64,000 nucleotides of DNA from Candidatus Bathyarchaeota archaeon (GCA_963733095.1 CAVTBV010000010.1:1-64000); one strand, 5' to 3'; counted from the first letter of the stretch, positions 1-10,080 are shown. A program made the numbers and translations. The notes: generated from the sequence alone by a model not told the origin.

Positions 1-280
1 CAAGAACTTTCGTTATTTTCGAGAGGGTATTTTCTTCAGAAATAAAGGTAGCTGTAACTTCAGTATTCTTCTTTGATTTTGCCAAGTTAAAATCTGCATC
101 TTCCAACAACTTCGATGCTTTCTCAGGTTCTTCAGTAATCAATCGAACCAAACCAAACTCACCCTTATCTGCAATCGAGAGGGCAAAAACTCTAATCTTG
201 TTCTTATCCAACTGCGACATCGTTTCGAACAAAGAACCAGGATGATTATCAAGAAACACACTAACTTGCGTAATAGGCAA
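1..280 (-). CDS. ACT-domain amino acid-binding protein (partial, runs off window start)
   Basis: Manual translation from TTG at 280: MPITQVSVFLDNHPGSLFETMSQLDKNKIRVFALSIADKGEFGLVRLIT. This matches the ACT proteins usually found next to phenylacetate-CoA ligase genes. Not in the ORF track. Confidence 0.8.
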   Translation of the reverse strand, partial: MPITQVSVFLDNHPGSLFETMSQLDKNKIRVFALSIADKGEFGLVRLITEEPEKASKLLEDADFNLAKSKKNTEVTATFISEENTLSKITKVL

Positions 281-399
281 ACAGTACACCTACAGTCCAA
301 TAGTTTCAGTTAATATTTAACTTTAACCAAACTTTTGAGGAAAAACGTTTTCCACCAACATTTATATTTCAACATGAATAATTCCTTGCTATTCGGAGA

Positions 400-1149
400 A
401 TGCAGAGTTTGCTAAAATGCACCGAGGTTTCCAAGCGTTTTGGGGGACTTCAAGCATTAAAAAACGTCGACTTCACTATAGGCGACGGCGAGATAGCAGG
501 GCTTGTGGGACCCAACGGTTCAGGCAAATCGACGCTTCTAAACCTCATCAGCGGCGTGTACAAGCCTGACTCAGGACAAATCCTCTTCATGAACGAAGAC
601 ATCGCCAAGTTACCGCCCTACAAAATCTGCGCCAAAGGTATAACTAAAACAGCACAAACCGTCCAGTCCTTCCCAGAAATGACCGCAACCGAAAACGTCC
701 TGACAAGCGTGCTGTTCAACGAAAAAAAATACACGGGCAAAACAGATGCCTTACCGAGAGCCCAGGAGCTTTTGGGGTTCGTGGGGTTGAGCAAAGAAAA
801 ATTTGACTTGCCAGCAAAAAAATTAAACGTCGTGGAATTGCGCCGAATTCAGCTTGCAAAAGCGTTGGCAACAAACCCTAAATTTCTCTTGCTCGATGAG
901 ATGCTCACAGGCTTAACTCCAAAAGAATCTGACGAAGCCATAGAAATAATTAAGCAAATCAACAAGCAAGGAGTCACCGTACTAATGGTAGAGCACGTCA
1001 TGCGGGTAATTATGGGGTTATGTAGCCACGTGATAGTCCTGAATCATGGTGAAAAAATCTGTGAAGGAAGCCCCAAACAAGTGGTTTGTGACGAGAACGT
1101 TGTGAATGTTTACCTGGGCAAGCGGTTTACTTTTGGTGAGGAAGAGTAA
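400..1149 (+). CDS. livG: Branched-chain amino acid ABC transporter ATP-binding subunit (LivG-like)
   Basis: Walker A GPNGSGKST, LLLDE, VEH, C-terminal VYLG. Confidence 0.9.
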   Translation: MQSLLKCTEVSKRFGGLQALKNVDFTIGDGEIAGLVGPNGSGKSTLLNLISGVYKPDSGQILFMNEDIAKLPPYKICAKGITKTAQTVQSFPEMTATENVLTSVLFNEKKYTGKTDALPRAQELLGFVGLSKEKFDLPAKKLNVVELRRIQLAKALATNPKFLLLDEMLTGLTPKESDEAIEIIKQINKQGVTVLMVEHVMRVIMGLCSHVIVLNHGEKICEGSPKQVVCDENVVNVYLGKRFTFGEEE

Positions 1150-1853
1150 TGCTGGAAATCTCAAATTTATCTGCTGCATATGGAATGGTGCAGATTCTCT
1201 ATGACGTATACTTTAAGGTGGAACAAGGCGAAATCATAAGCATTATTGGTCCAAACGGGGCAGGAAAAACTACCCTTGTAAAGACCATAATGGGTTTTTT
1301 GCATCCAAAAACAGGTTCAATAAAGTTTAAGGACGAAAACATCGAAAAACTATCAACTTACGAGATAGTCAAAAAAGGATTAACCATGATTCCTGAAGGC
1401 AGAGAAATCTTTCCCCGCATGAGTGTTGAAGAAAACCTCCAACTGGGCGCCTACAGCATAAAAGACAAATCCAAAGTTAAAGAAACCAAAGAGAAAGCAT
1501 TCAACATTTTTCCAGTGCTAAAGAAGAAGGAAAAAGCTCTGGCTCAAACTCTAAGCGGCGGCGAGCAACAGATGCTTGTTATCTGCCGAAGCCTCATGTC
1601 AAACCCCCAACTGCTAATTCTTGATGAACCTTCGCTCGGGTTGGCACCAATAATCGTTGAGAAAGTTCTCGACACCGTACGCACCATAAACGAGGAAGGC
1701 GTAACTGTGCTTTTGGTCGAGCAGAACATTCATGATAGCCTTAATGTCGCCGACAGAGGATACGTTCTTGAGGAAGGCAAGATAATATTGGAAGGGAAGA
1801 GTAGGGAACTTTTATCTAATACCCATATAAAAGAAGTGTATCTAGGCCTTTAA
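1149..1853 (+). CDS. livF: Branched-chain amino acid ABC transporter ATP-binding subunit (LivF-like)
   Basis: GPNGAGKTT, LSGGEQQM, DEPSLGLAP, VEQN; 1-bp overlap with livG. Confidence 0.93.
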   Translation: MLEISNLSAAYGMVQILYDVYFKVEQGEIISIIGPNGAGKTTLVKTIMGFLHPKTGSIKFKDENIEKLSTYEIVKKGLTMIPEGREIFPRMSVEENLQLGAYSIKDKSKVKETKEKAFNIFPVLKKKEKALAQTLSGGEQQMLVICRSLMSNPQLLILDEPSLGLAPIIVEKVLDTVRTINEEGVTVLLVEQNIHDSLNVADRGYVLEEGKIILEGKSRELLSNTHIKEVYLGL

Positions 1854-1873
1854 AGCAGAGAGGGGCAAAGAAC

Positions 1874-3193
1874 TTGGCGGATGGCAAATACTGGAACGAA
1901 AAAATAGAAACGATGCCTGCTGAAGAAATAAAAAAGCATCAGCTCCAAAAGCTCAAAGCACAAGTCAAACATAGCTATGAGAACAGCGGTTTTTACAGAA
2001 AAAGATTTGATAGTGTGGGATTGAAACCCGAAGATATTCGTTCTCTTGATGATTTGCAAAAGATTCCTTTTACGGTTAAGAGTGATTTGAGGGATAATTA
2101 CCCGTTTGGGATGGTTGCCGCTAAATCAGATGAGATAGTTGAGATTCATGCTTCCAGCGGAACAACAGGAAACCCGATTATAGGCGCTTACACGAGAAGC
2201 GACATGGATATGTGGCAGGAACTTATGGCGCGTTCTATCTACGCTGTCGGCGGCAGACGCCAAGACGTCATCCACATCGCTTACGGCTACGGCTTGTTTA
2301 CGGGCGGTTTAGGCTTCCATTACGGCGCTCAAAAAGTTGGAGCTAAAATTGTTCCGGCAAGCGGCGGCATGACTCAACGGCAAATCAAACTCATGAAAGA
2401 CCTAGAGGTAACCATCTTAGCCTGTACGCCCAGCTTTGCAGTTTATTTAGCTGAGACAATGGCTCAGGAAGGTGTAGTTCCACAAAAAGACCTAAAACTC
2501 AGACTCGGCATGTTCGGCGCCGAACCATGGTCACATAAAATCCGCGAAAGAATCGAAAAAGAGATGAACATAGAAGCCTTTGACGTTTATGGGTTAACAG
2601 AACTTTGCGGTCCAGGCGTATCCATCGAGTGCTCCGAGCACAATGGTTTGCATATTTGGGAAGACCACTTCATCGTAGAAACAATAAACCCTGACACAGG
2701 CGAAGTGTTGCCGCAGGGAGAAGAAGGAGAACTTGTCTTCACAGCACTCAGCAAAACAGGTTTGCCCATTTTACGTTACAGGACAAGAGATATCTCAAAA
2801 ATCAACACAGAAAAATGTGCATGTGGAAGAACGCATGCAAGAATGGAAAGAGTAACGGGTAGATCCGACGATATGCTCATTATCCGCGGAGTAAACGTGT
2901 TCCCATCACAAATCGAGTACGCGGTGATGTGTTTCTCTGAACTTGCAACCCAGTACCTCATCGTTCTTGACCGTCCCGGCGCTTTGGATACTTTTGTCGT
3001 TAAGGTTGAGTTGTCTGAGCAAGCCTCCAAAAATCCACAGCTCGACAAGAAAGCCTTGATAAGTGACATCCAGAAGAGAATTCACATCGTAACCGGTATA
3101 TCGGCTGATGTGGAAATCGTGAAGCCAGGCGAACTTCCACGAACTGAGGGCAAAGCAAAAAGAGTATTGGATTTGCGTAAGGGCAAAATGTAA
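1874..3193 (+). CDS. paaK: Phenylacetate--CoA ligase
   Basis: SSGTTG, YGYGLFTGGLG, YGLTE, RYRTRD, GRSDDMLIIRGVNVFPSQIE, GKAKRV motifs. Confidence 0.92.
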   Translation: MADGKYWNEKIETMPAEEIKKHQLQKLKAQVKHSYENSGFYRKRFDSVGLKPEDIRSLDDLQKIPFTVKSDLRDNYPFGMVAAKSDEIVEIHASSGTTGNPIIGAYTRSDMDMWQELMARSIYAVGGRRQDVIHIAYGYGLFTGGLGFHYGAQKVGAKIVPASGGMTQRQIKLMKDLEVTILACTPSFAVYLAETMAQEGVVPQKDLKLRLGMFGAEPWSHKIRERIEKEMNIEAFDVYGLTELCGPGVSIECSEHNGLHIWEDHFIVETINPDTGEVLPQGEEGELVFTALSKTGLPILRYRTRDISKINTEKCACGRTHARMERVTGRSDDMLIIRGVNVFPSQIEYAVMCFSELATQYLIVLDRPGALDTFVVKVELSEQASKNPQLDKKALISDIQKRIHIVTGISADVEIVKPGELPRTEGKAKRVLDLRKGKM

Positions 3194-3203
3194 GGATAAA
3201 GTT

Positions 3204-5396
3204 ATGACTTCCAAGATTGCGGCAGGTAAGCCGGGCAGTTTTGCCTTGCTTAACGGTGATGAAGCGGTTGCACGTGGGGCAGTGGAAGCCACCGTTAAAG
3301 TTGCCGCTTCATATCCAGGGACACCTGCTACGGAAATATTGGAAACCATTGCTGATGTAGCCAAAGAATTTGGCATTTACGCTGAATGGAGCATTAACGA
3401 GATTGTCGCTGCTGAGGTTGCAGCGGGCGCTTCCATGACGGGAGTGCGATCCATTGTTTCTATGAAGCATGTTGGCTTGAACGTTGCTGCGGACGCAGTT
3501 ATGACGTTGGCTTACACAGGCGTCGAAGGCGGCATGGTAATCGCTGTCTGCGATGACCCCGCATTGCACAGTAGTCAAAACGAGCAAGACACACGTTATT
3601 TCGCAGTTCACTCAAAGCTGCCGCTGCTGGATGCAGGCAGCCCACAAGAAGCCCTCGACATGGCAAAAGAAGCGTTCGAAATAAGCGAAAAAATCCACCT
3701 GCCCGTAATCCTGAGACTAACAACTCGGGTTGCACACGGAAAAGCAAAAGTGAAACTCGGCGAATTTCAGAAAATTACCCGCAATTCCGAATTTGATAAG
3801 AACGGCTCCAAATGGGTTATGGTTCCCTCGAACGCTATTCGGCAGCACCGCGTTTTGGAGGGCAGACTGATGGATGCAAGAAAGATCGCGAACGATTCAA
3901 AGTTCAATTCGGTTGAGGATAATGGTAGTGAAATAGGCATTATAGGCAGTGGAGTAGGCTACTATTATGCACGGTCGGTTTTAGATACCAAAAGGTTTTC
4001 TTGGTTAAAACTGGGGTTTGTTCATCCTTTTCCAGCAGAAACAGTGAAGTCTTTTGCTTCCAAAGTGAAAAAGTTGATAGTTGTTGAAGAACTTAGACCT
4101 TACATCGAAGAGAACCTTCAACGTCTAAACCTTGAGGTTTCCGGAAAAGCCGAATTGGGTTTGGAAGAAATTGGCGAATTTACCCCTGACAACGTGCGCC
4201 AAGCCTTCGCCAAACTATGCTTAACTTCGATGGCGGAAACACCAGAACTTTATGCTTTACCGCCAAGACCGCCAGCCCTCTGCCCTGGATGTCCCCACCG
4301 CGCATTCTACTACGCCTTAAACATGCTCAACCAACACGTTGAATGCGACACCGAAAAATGTGTAGGCTGCGACATATGTGAGTATGCATGCTCGTTTGAG
4401 AAAGAACGAGTCTTCAATCCCCTCAAATCGAGAATCCGCTCGGTCAGGATTGGACAAACATTCAACACTGCAGTTACTTGCAAAGGCTGCCTCGACGCCC
4501 CCTGCATTCGCGCATGCTCTGAAAATGCGATAAGTCAAGCTAAAGAGAGCGGCTCAATAATCGTTGACGAAACCAAATGCAAGGGCTGCGACTGGTGCAT
4601 CGATGCCTGCAAATACGGCGCCATAACACTTCATCCCACAAGTCACAAAGCCATCATCTGCGACACATGTGGAGGCAACCCCAAATGCATTCCAGCCTGC
4701 CCTGAGAGCGCCCTAAGTTTAACAGGAAAATCAAACGACAAAATCGTCACCGGCGACATCGGTTGCTACACGCTGGGTGTTTTGCCTCCTGTTAATGCGG
4801 TTCAATCGTGCCTTTGCATGGGCGGCGGGATTTCTCAGGCTGCAGGAATGGTTCATGCGGGCGTAAAAGAAAAGGTGTTTGCGGTTATAGGCGATTCAAC
4901 CTTTTTCCACGGAGGCATGCCTGGGCTGCTTAACATTGTTTACAACAAGGCCAACGTATGTGTAATCGTAATGGATAACAGTGTAGTTGCCATGACGGGG
5001 CATCAACCTACTCCAGGTTCAGGAAAAACCGCCATGGGCACAGATGCTAAAGTCATCCGAATCCAAGACATCGCCAAAGCAGTCGGCATAGAAAAGGTCG
5101 ACGTTATCGACCCATACGACCTAAAAGCTGCAACCGCTACAGTCAGACAGACCTTAAACTACCATGGGCCTTCCGTCATCATCTCTCAAAGACCCTGTCC
5201 CCTGCTAATTGAACGCGGCAACCCTCGCGAAGTCAAAGAAGAATGCAACGCCTGCGGAGTCTGCGTAAAATCCTTCGGGTGCCCAGCCATCAGCCTAAAA
5301 AGCGAAAAAGCAGTAATAGATCCTGACTTATGCTACGGATGCGGCGTCTGCGAAACGGTCTGTCCCTTTGAAGCGATAGGGAGGAGACAAAGTTGA
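3204..5396 (+). CDS. iorA: Indolepyruvate:ferredoxin oxidoreductase alpha subunit with an internal 4x[4Fe-4S] ferredoxin insert
   Basis: YPGTP, MKHVGLNVAAD, SSQNEQD, CPGCPHR, GDIGCY, GDSTFFH, C-terminal 2x[4Fe-4S]; extra Cys-rich domain at about nt 4335-4725. Confidence 0.92.
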   Translation: MTSKIAAGKPGSFALLNGDEAVARGAVEATVKVAASYPGTPATEILETIADVAKEFGIYAEWSINEIVAAEVAAGASMTGVRSIVSMKHVGLNVAADAVMTLAYTGVEGGMVIAVCDDPALHSSQNEQDTRYFAVHSKLPLLDAGSPQEALDMAKEAFEISEKIHLPVILRLTTRVAHGKAKVKLGEFQKITRNSEFDKNGSKWVMVPSNAIRQHRVLEGRLMDARKIANDSKFNSVEDNGSEIGIIGSGVGYYYARSVLDTKRFSWLKLGFVHPFPAETVKSFASKVKKLIVVEELRPYIEENLQRLNLEVSGKAELGLEEIGEFTPDNVRQAFAKLCLTSMAETPELYALPPRPPALCPGCPHRAFYYALNMLNQHVECDTEKCVGCDICEYACSFEKERVFNPLKSRIRSVRIGQTFNTAVTCKGCLDAPCIRACSENAISQAKESGSIIVDETKCKGCDWCIDACKYGAITLHPTSHKAIICDTCGGNPKCIPACPESALSLTGKSNDKIVTGDIGCYTLGVLPPVNAVQSCLCMGGGISQAAGMVHAGVKEKVFAVIGDSTFFHGGMPGLLNIVYNKANVCVIVMDNSVVAMTGHQPTPGSGKTAMGTDAKVIRIQDIAKAVGIEKVDVIDPYDLKAATATVRQTLNYHGPSVIISQRPCPLLIERGNPREVKEECNACGVCVKSFGCPAISLKSEKAVIDPDLCYGCGVCETVCPFEAIGRRQS

Positions 5397-5974
5397 ACCT
5401 CGACATAGTCTTTAGTGGCGTGGGCGGACAAGGAGTCGTAGTTTTAAGTGACATTTATTGCGAAGCTGCCATGCTGGAGAGTTTCGACGTTGCGAAGGCT
5501 GAGATTCATGGGATGGCTCAACGCGGCGGCTCAATTGTTGCCTATGCAAGAATCGGCAGCAAAGTTGAATCCCCCCTGATTGAGACGGGAAAAGCCGATG
5601 CAATTGTGGGGTTTGAAATACTTGAAACAGCAAGAGCCTTGCCGATGCTCAAAAAAAATGGCACAGTAATAGTAAACATGAAGTACATTCCGCCCAACTG
5701 CACTGGCGCAGGAGTTAAACCCAAAAAGACTGAGGATTTAATGGATATGCTGAGGGCAAAGGCCTCGGTTCATGAAGTAGATGGTGTCGGCATAGCTGAA
5801 AAATTGGGCAACATGCTCGTCGTAAACACAATTCTTCTTGGAGCCTTATCTGCGCTTCCAGAGATACCAGTTAAAGTGGAGTCTTTCCAGCGTGCAATAG
5901 CGAGCAGACTTAAAGAAAAATACATCAATCTAAACCTTAAAGCCTTCCAACTAGGCCGAGATAGCGTATTATGA
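5393..5974 (+). CDS. iorB: Indolepyruvate:ferredoxin oxidoreductase beta subunit
   Basis: GVGGQG, EIHGMAQRGGS, NLKAFQLG; overlaps iorA. Confidence 0.92.
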   Translation: MNLDIVFSGVGGQGVVVLSDIYCEAAMLESFDVAKAEIHGMAQRGGSIVAYARIGSKVESPLIETGKADAIVGFEILETARALPMLKKNGTVIVNMKYIPPNCTGAGVKPKKTEDLMDMLRAKASVHEVDGVGIAEKLGNMLVVNTILLGALSALPEIPVKVESFQRAIASRLKEKYINLNLKAFQLGRDSVL

Positions 5975-6032
5975 GATAATTTTATTAAGCATTTACTTGG
6001 ATATAGCAAAGAAAAAACAGAGGATAATTAAA

Positions 6033-7400
6033 ATGCAAAAGAAAATACTCGCTATATTAGTTGTCATAATAATTGCTGTCTCAGCTGTCGCAGCTTTACA
6101 GTTATCACCAAAAACACCTTCAGCCGACGCTCGAAACATCAAAATAGGCTTAGTTGCGCCTGTATCGGGCTCACCAGTAGGCCAAGATATGGAACGCGCC
6201 GCAAGAATGGCTGTTGATGAAATAAACAACGCAGGCGGCATCTACGTTTCTGAATGGAACACCAAAGTCAACATCACATTAATAGTTGCTGACACAGTAA
6301 ATGACGCCCCGGGCAACGCAGTGACACCGGTAACTCAAGCAGTTGAGTCAAGCCAAGTTGACCTTCTCATAGGCGGATACGGAAGCGCAGGAACCTTAGC
6401 AGACCAAGTGGTCGCAATCAACGACAAAGTCCCATTCATAATCACTGGAGCATCAAACCAACTTGTTACCCGAAGAGGACCACAAGGCGATTATGGCGGC
6501 TTCGGCGCAAACGGAGCCAACAGTATATCTGACGCAGAAGGCATGAGTTACATGTTCCACTACTGCACCACAACCTACGACTACAGCAAAACAGTCGTTG
6601 ACTTCTTCGCATCAGAGATGAAACCTTTAGTTGCACCTGACCGAGACTTCAGCCTCGCCATACTTTACCGCAACGATGCTTTCGGACAAGGAGTTGAACA
6701 AGCAACAAAATATTGGATAGAGAACGAAAGCTTACCTATCAACATTGTAGCTGACAGAAACTATGACCCTGCGACAACAAACTACCAAACTGACCTAACA
6801 GCAGTCGCTGCTTCACATCCAGACGCAGTGTTCGTCGTTGATAACCCCGATAAAACACCACTCATAATAAAGCAAGGATGGGACGACGTTGGATTAAAAA
6901 CCGTTTACATAGCTGTTGAAAACAACCAAGACCCCACATTCTATTCGCTCCTCGGAAGCAGCGGTGATGGACAACTTCTCGAATCAAAACTAGACCCATT
7001 CATGGTTCCCTCGTATCTACCAGCAGTCCAGACATACTCAGAAAAATTCAACCAGCTCTACGGTGTAGTGCCAGGAATGATGGGTGCTGACACTTATGAC
7101 GCCTTCTACATCGCAAAGAACGCAATCGAAAGCGCTGGAACAGTAGATAAAGCAGCAGTACGACAGGCAATAGAAGACACCAACATGAACCAGATGCTCA
7201 TAATAACCCAGACGGGTAAAATACAATTCAGCACAGGAATCAACTACCATGAAATCAGCCCCGTAACCTTCGTCGAGCAACTCAAATGGGATGCAACAGC
7301 CAATAAGCTAACATCACAAATCGTTTGGGACCCAACAGGCCACAGCGACCTAGAACAAACCAGCTTTACACTACCAACAGGCTATCAACCCGGACAATAA
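6033..7400 (+). CDS. ABC transporter substrate-binding protein, Leu/Ile/Val family
   Basis: N-terminal hydrophobic anchor, IKIGLVAPVSG, AVDEINNAGG, YDAFY. Start moved to ATG 6033. Confidence 0.85.
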   Translation: MQKKILAILVVIIIAVSAVAALQLSPKTPSADARNIKIGLVAPVSGSPVGQDMERAARMAVDEINNAGGIYVSEWNTKVNITLIVADTVNDAPGNAVTPVTQAVESSQVDLLIGGYGSAGTLADQVVAINDKVPFIITGASNQLVTRRGPQGDYGGFGANGANSISDAEGMSYMFHYCTTTYDYSKTVVDFFASEMKPLVAPDRDFSLAILYRNDAFGQGVEQATKYWIENESLPINIVADRNYDPATTNYQTDLTAVAASHPDAVFVVDNPDKTPLIIKQGWDDVGLKTVYIAVENNQDPTFYSLLGSSGDGQLLESKLDPFMVPSYLPAVQTYSEKFNQLYGVVPGMMGADTYDAFYIAKNAIESAGTVDKAAVRQAIEDTNMNQMLIITQTGKIQFSTGINYHEISPVTFVEQLKWDATANKLTSQIVWDPTGHSDLEQTSFTLPTGYQPGQ

Positions 7401-7502
7401 AAACAATTCAAACCCTTCTTTTCTTTTGTTTCTCGCATATTTTAAATAGTTAACCTGAGAAATTATGTCAACCGCTTAATCTAAAAGAGGATAGAGTTCA
7501 CA

Positions 7503-8381
7503 ATGGATATAACGACACCAACAATCATTCTAACGCTAATATGGGGTGTCGCTGTTGGTTGCATATACATTCTTTTGGCAACAGGATTGAACATAATCTT
7601 TGGCGTTATGAAACTCGTGAACTTTGCACACGGACAATTACTCATGATAGGTGCTTTCTTAACTTGGACAATCTCAGTTTCAGTTGGCATAAATGCTTAC
7701 GTGGCAATCCTAATTTCTATGGTAGTGGTTGCCGTTTTAGGAGTGAGTGTTGAAAGACTTACTTTTCGCCGAGTTTTGGGCACAGACAAACTTAACGAGA
7801 TTTTTGTTAGCTTAGGTTTGATTTACATTTTTGAGAACGCAGCTATGCTTCTTTGGGGACCCAATTCAAAGCAGGTAACAAGTCCCTTCGCGGGGTTAAG
7901 TTTGAGTTTGCCAAGCATATCTATAACGTATGACCGGATAGTCGCCGTAATCGTGGTGATTGCTGCACTGGTAACTTTTGGTTTGTTGATTCAGAAAACA
8001 AAGCTCGGTTTAGCCATGCGGGCAACAAGCCAAAGAAGCACAACAGCGATGCTTATGGGCATAAATATAGAGAAAATTTACATGTTCACATTCGCCCTCG
8101 GCGCAGCTTTAGCCGCCTTAGCCGGGGGACTCTACGGTATTATTTTCTCTTTTGATTATCAAGTGGGCGCCATGCCTACAATCATTGCCTTCGCCATTAT
8201 AATCCTCGGAGGCTTAGGCAGCATAAAAGGCGCAATCATCGGCGGATTACTCTACGGCGTCGCAGAGCAACTTGCAACTCTGTTTTTAGGAGGAATCTGG
8301 GGAAGCGCTGTCGCATTCGCCATGCTAATAGTAGTCCTCATAATAAGACCCAGTGGGATATTCGGTGAAAAAGGAGAATAG
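7503..8381 (+). CDS. livH: Branched-chain amino acid ABC transporter permease (LivH-like)
   Basis: GLNIIFGVMKLVNFAHG, GLAMRA, LGGLGSI, RPSGIFG. Confidence 0.9.
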   Translation: MDITTPTIILTLIWGVAVGCIYILLATGLNIIFGVMKLVNFAHGQLLMIGAFLTWTISVSVGINAYVAILISMVVVAVLGVSVERLTFRRVLGTDKLNEIFVSLGLIYIFENAAMLLWGPNSKQVTSPFAGLSLSLPSISITYDRIVAVIVVIAALVTFGLLIQKTKLGLAMRATSQRSTTAMLMGINIEKIYMFTFALGAALAALAGGLYGIIFSFDYQVGAMPTIIAFAIIILGGLGSIKGAIIGGLLYGVAEQLATLFLGGIWGSAVAFAMLIVVLIIRPSGIFGEKGE

Positions 8382-8382
8382 A

Positions 8383-9477
8383 ATGAATATAAAACAAGCA
8401 ATCACCGCATTCCTGCATTCAAAAAACTTCCAACTTTTACTAGTCACCTTCGCAATCTTAGCGGTATTACCCATATTTGTGAACGACAGCTTTTTCCTCT
8501 ACATCCTGACACTCATCTTTGTCTTCGCAATTTATGCAGCGAGCTGGAATTTTCTGGCAAATTCAGGGCAAGGCTCCCTTGGACATGCGGTTTTCTTGGG
8601 CATCGGCGGGTTTTCGTCAGCAATAGTTGGGGGCAAAATCTCAGCGTCGTTGATTGGATTGATGGGTGTAACTCAAATGCCGATAGGCGCCGTTTCCATT
8701 TCGATTCAGGTTGTGGTGCTTCTTGTCGGCGGCTTGGTTTCAGCTGGAATCGGTCTTCTGATAGGTTTGGCGTGCGTTAGGTTGAAGGCCTGGTACTTGG
8801 CTATGGTGACGTTTGGCTTCTCTGTGATAGCAGCTACTCTCTCAAGCCAATTTGACTCATTCACTAACGGCATAAACGGATTCGCGCCAGTCACACTTGT
8901 CCCAAAAGGTTACCCATTCTACATCCTCGTAGTTTCTTTCGCTGTAGCATCCATCACGGTTATGTACTTGATTATGAAGTCGCGCATGGGATTAGCTTTC
9001 AAAGCCATCCATGGAAACGAAGCAGAAGCAAGAATGATTGGAATTAACACAGCCAAGTATAAACTGATAGCGTTTGTCATCAGCACATTCTTTGCCGGCA
9101 TTGCAGGCGGATTGTACTCGTACTTTTTGAGGTTCGTGGATAACTCCATTTTCTCCCCAGCAAACTCTTTCATGCCCCTTATAATGACCGTCATAGGAGG
9201 GTTGGGAACCGTTGCGGGACCAATCATCGGCGCCATCTTCCTTGTTTCTGTTCAGCAGACCCTTGCGCTTCCAGGAGTGGTCGATTACCTTCGCACATCC
9301 CTCGGCTCATATTTCCCATCAGTGAGCAACGTTGGACCACCCTTGAGTCTGTTGTTCATCGGCGTAATTCTGTTGTTGATTGTTATCTTTGCTCCCAAAG
9401 GGCTCTCATCGTTTTTTAGAAAGTTCTACGTTTACCTAAAAACTCCTGAAAAGAAAAAGGAAGAAAAAGTCAAATGA
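8383..9477 (+). CDS. livM: Branched-chain amino acid ABC transporter permease (LivM-like)
   Basis: GQGSLGHAVF, YLAMVT, AEARMIGIN, GGLGTVAGP, PKGL. Start at ATG 8383. Confidence 0.88.
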   Translation: MNIKQAITAFLHSKNFQLLLVTFAILAVLPIFVNDSFFLYILTLIFVFAIYAASWNFLANSGQGSLGHAVFLGIGGFSSAIVGGKISASLIGLMGVTQMPIGAVSISIQVVVLLVGGLVSAGIGLLIGLACVRLKAWYLAMVTFGFSVIAATLSSQFDSFTNGINGFAPVTLVPKGYPFYILVVSFAVASITVMYLIMKSRMGLAFKAIHGNEAEARMIGINTAKYKLIAFVISTFFAGIAGGLYSYFLRFVDNSIFSPANSFMPLIMTVIGGLGTVAGPIIGAIFLVSVQQTLALPGVVDYLRTSLGSYFPSVSNVGPPLSLLFIGVILLLIVIFAPKGLSSFFRKFYVYLKTPEKKKEEKVK

Positions 9478-9836
9478 AAGGAAAAGACCATTTTGCAGAA
9501 GCTTTAGGCATCAAGGTTCTTGAGGCAAAGGACGGTTACTCCAAAGTTACGATGAAAATTGAAAAGATCCATACTAACGCGTTGGGATTCACGCATGGGG
9601 GAGCAATTTTTTCGTTGGCAGATTATGCCTTTGCTCAAGCATGTAACTTCGGAGATAATGTGGCTGTGGCGGTTCAAGTTAGCATAAATTTCCTGAAACC
9701 CTCAGTTGAAACAGACACCTTAACTGCTGAAGCAACAAGGGTTTCCGATGGCAAAACTACAGGGTTATATCAGGTTACGGTTCGCAAAGAAGACAAAACC
9801 GTAGCTTTATTCAACGGGTTAGCGTTCAAAAAATAG
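9474..9836 (+). CDS. PaaI-family hotdog-fold thioesterase
   Basis: NALGFTHGGAIFSLADYAF motif; last gene of the operon. Confidence 0.9.
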   Translation: MKGKDHFAEALGIKVLEAKDGYSKVTMKIEKIHTNALGFTHGGAIFSLADYAFAQACNFGDNVAVAVQVSINFLKPSVETDTLTAEATRVSDGKTTGLYQVTVRKEDKTVALFNGLAFKK

Positions 9837-9889
9837 CCGCCCTCAACCAAGCGCTGTACAGACATAATAGAAAACCCAAGAAACCAACA

Positions 9890-9900
9890 ATATATTTATG
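9890..9900 (+). promoter_or_regulatory. Putative TATA box of tRNA-Cys
   Basis: ATATATTTATG about 25-35 nt upstream of the tRNA 5' end, preceded by a purine-rich stretch. Confidence 0.5.
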
Positions 9901-9924
9901 TCACACAAAGTTCTAGATTCTTGT

Positions 9925-9997
9925 GCTGGGGTGGCCGAACGGTTCAGGCGGTAGCCTGCAGAGCTGCTCTATATGGGTTCAACTCCCATCCCCAGCT
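9925..9997 (+). tRNA. tRNA-Cys(GCA), intron-less, CCA not encoded
   Basis: Acceptor GCTGGGG/CCCCAGC, D stem GCC/GGC, anticodon arm GTAGC-CT GCA GA-GCTGC, T arm ATGGG-TTCAACT-CCCAT, discriminator U. Confidence 0.95.
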
Positions 9998-10028
9998 CTT
10001 TGTCCTAACCTTATGCTCTCGTGTGGTT

Positions 10029-10080
10029 TTATTTGCGTTTTCTGAAAAGTTTTGTGTCCTCGATTGCGCAGATGTGCCAT
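10029..10080 (-). pseudogene. C-terminal remnant of a probable tyrosine integrase
   Basis: Ends HICAIEDTKLFRKRK* pointing into the tRNA 3' end. Resembles from memory the (Y/F)VCxxDxxKLFRKRK tail of bathyarchaeal integrases. No catalytic core is recoverable. Confidence 0.45.

Noticed and set aside
4335-4725. IorA insert as an intein
   Set aside because: No Cys/Ser start with a His-Asn end and no LAGLIDADG motif; it is a ferredoxin-type domain.
1544-9236. Numerous short minus-strand ORFs within the first operon (and equivalents under hdr/nuo)
   Set aside because: Antisense shadows of well-supported genes.
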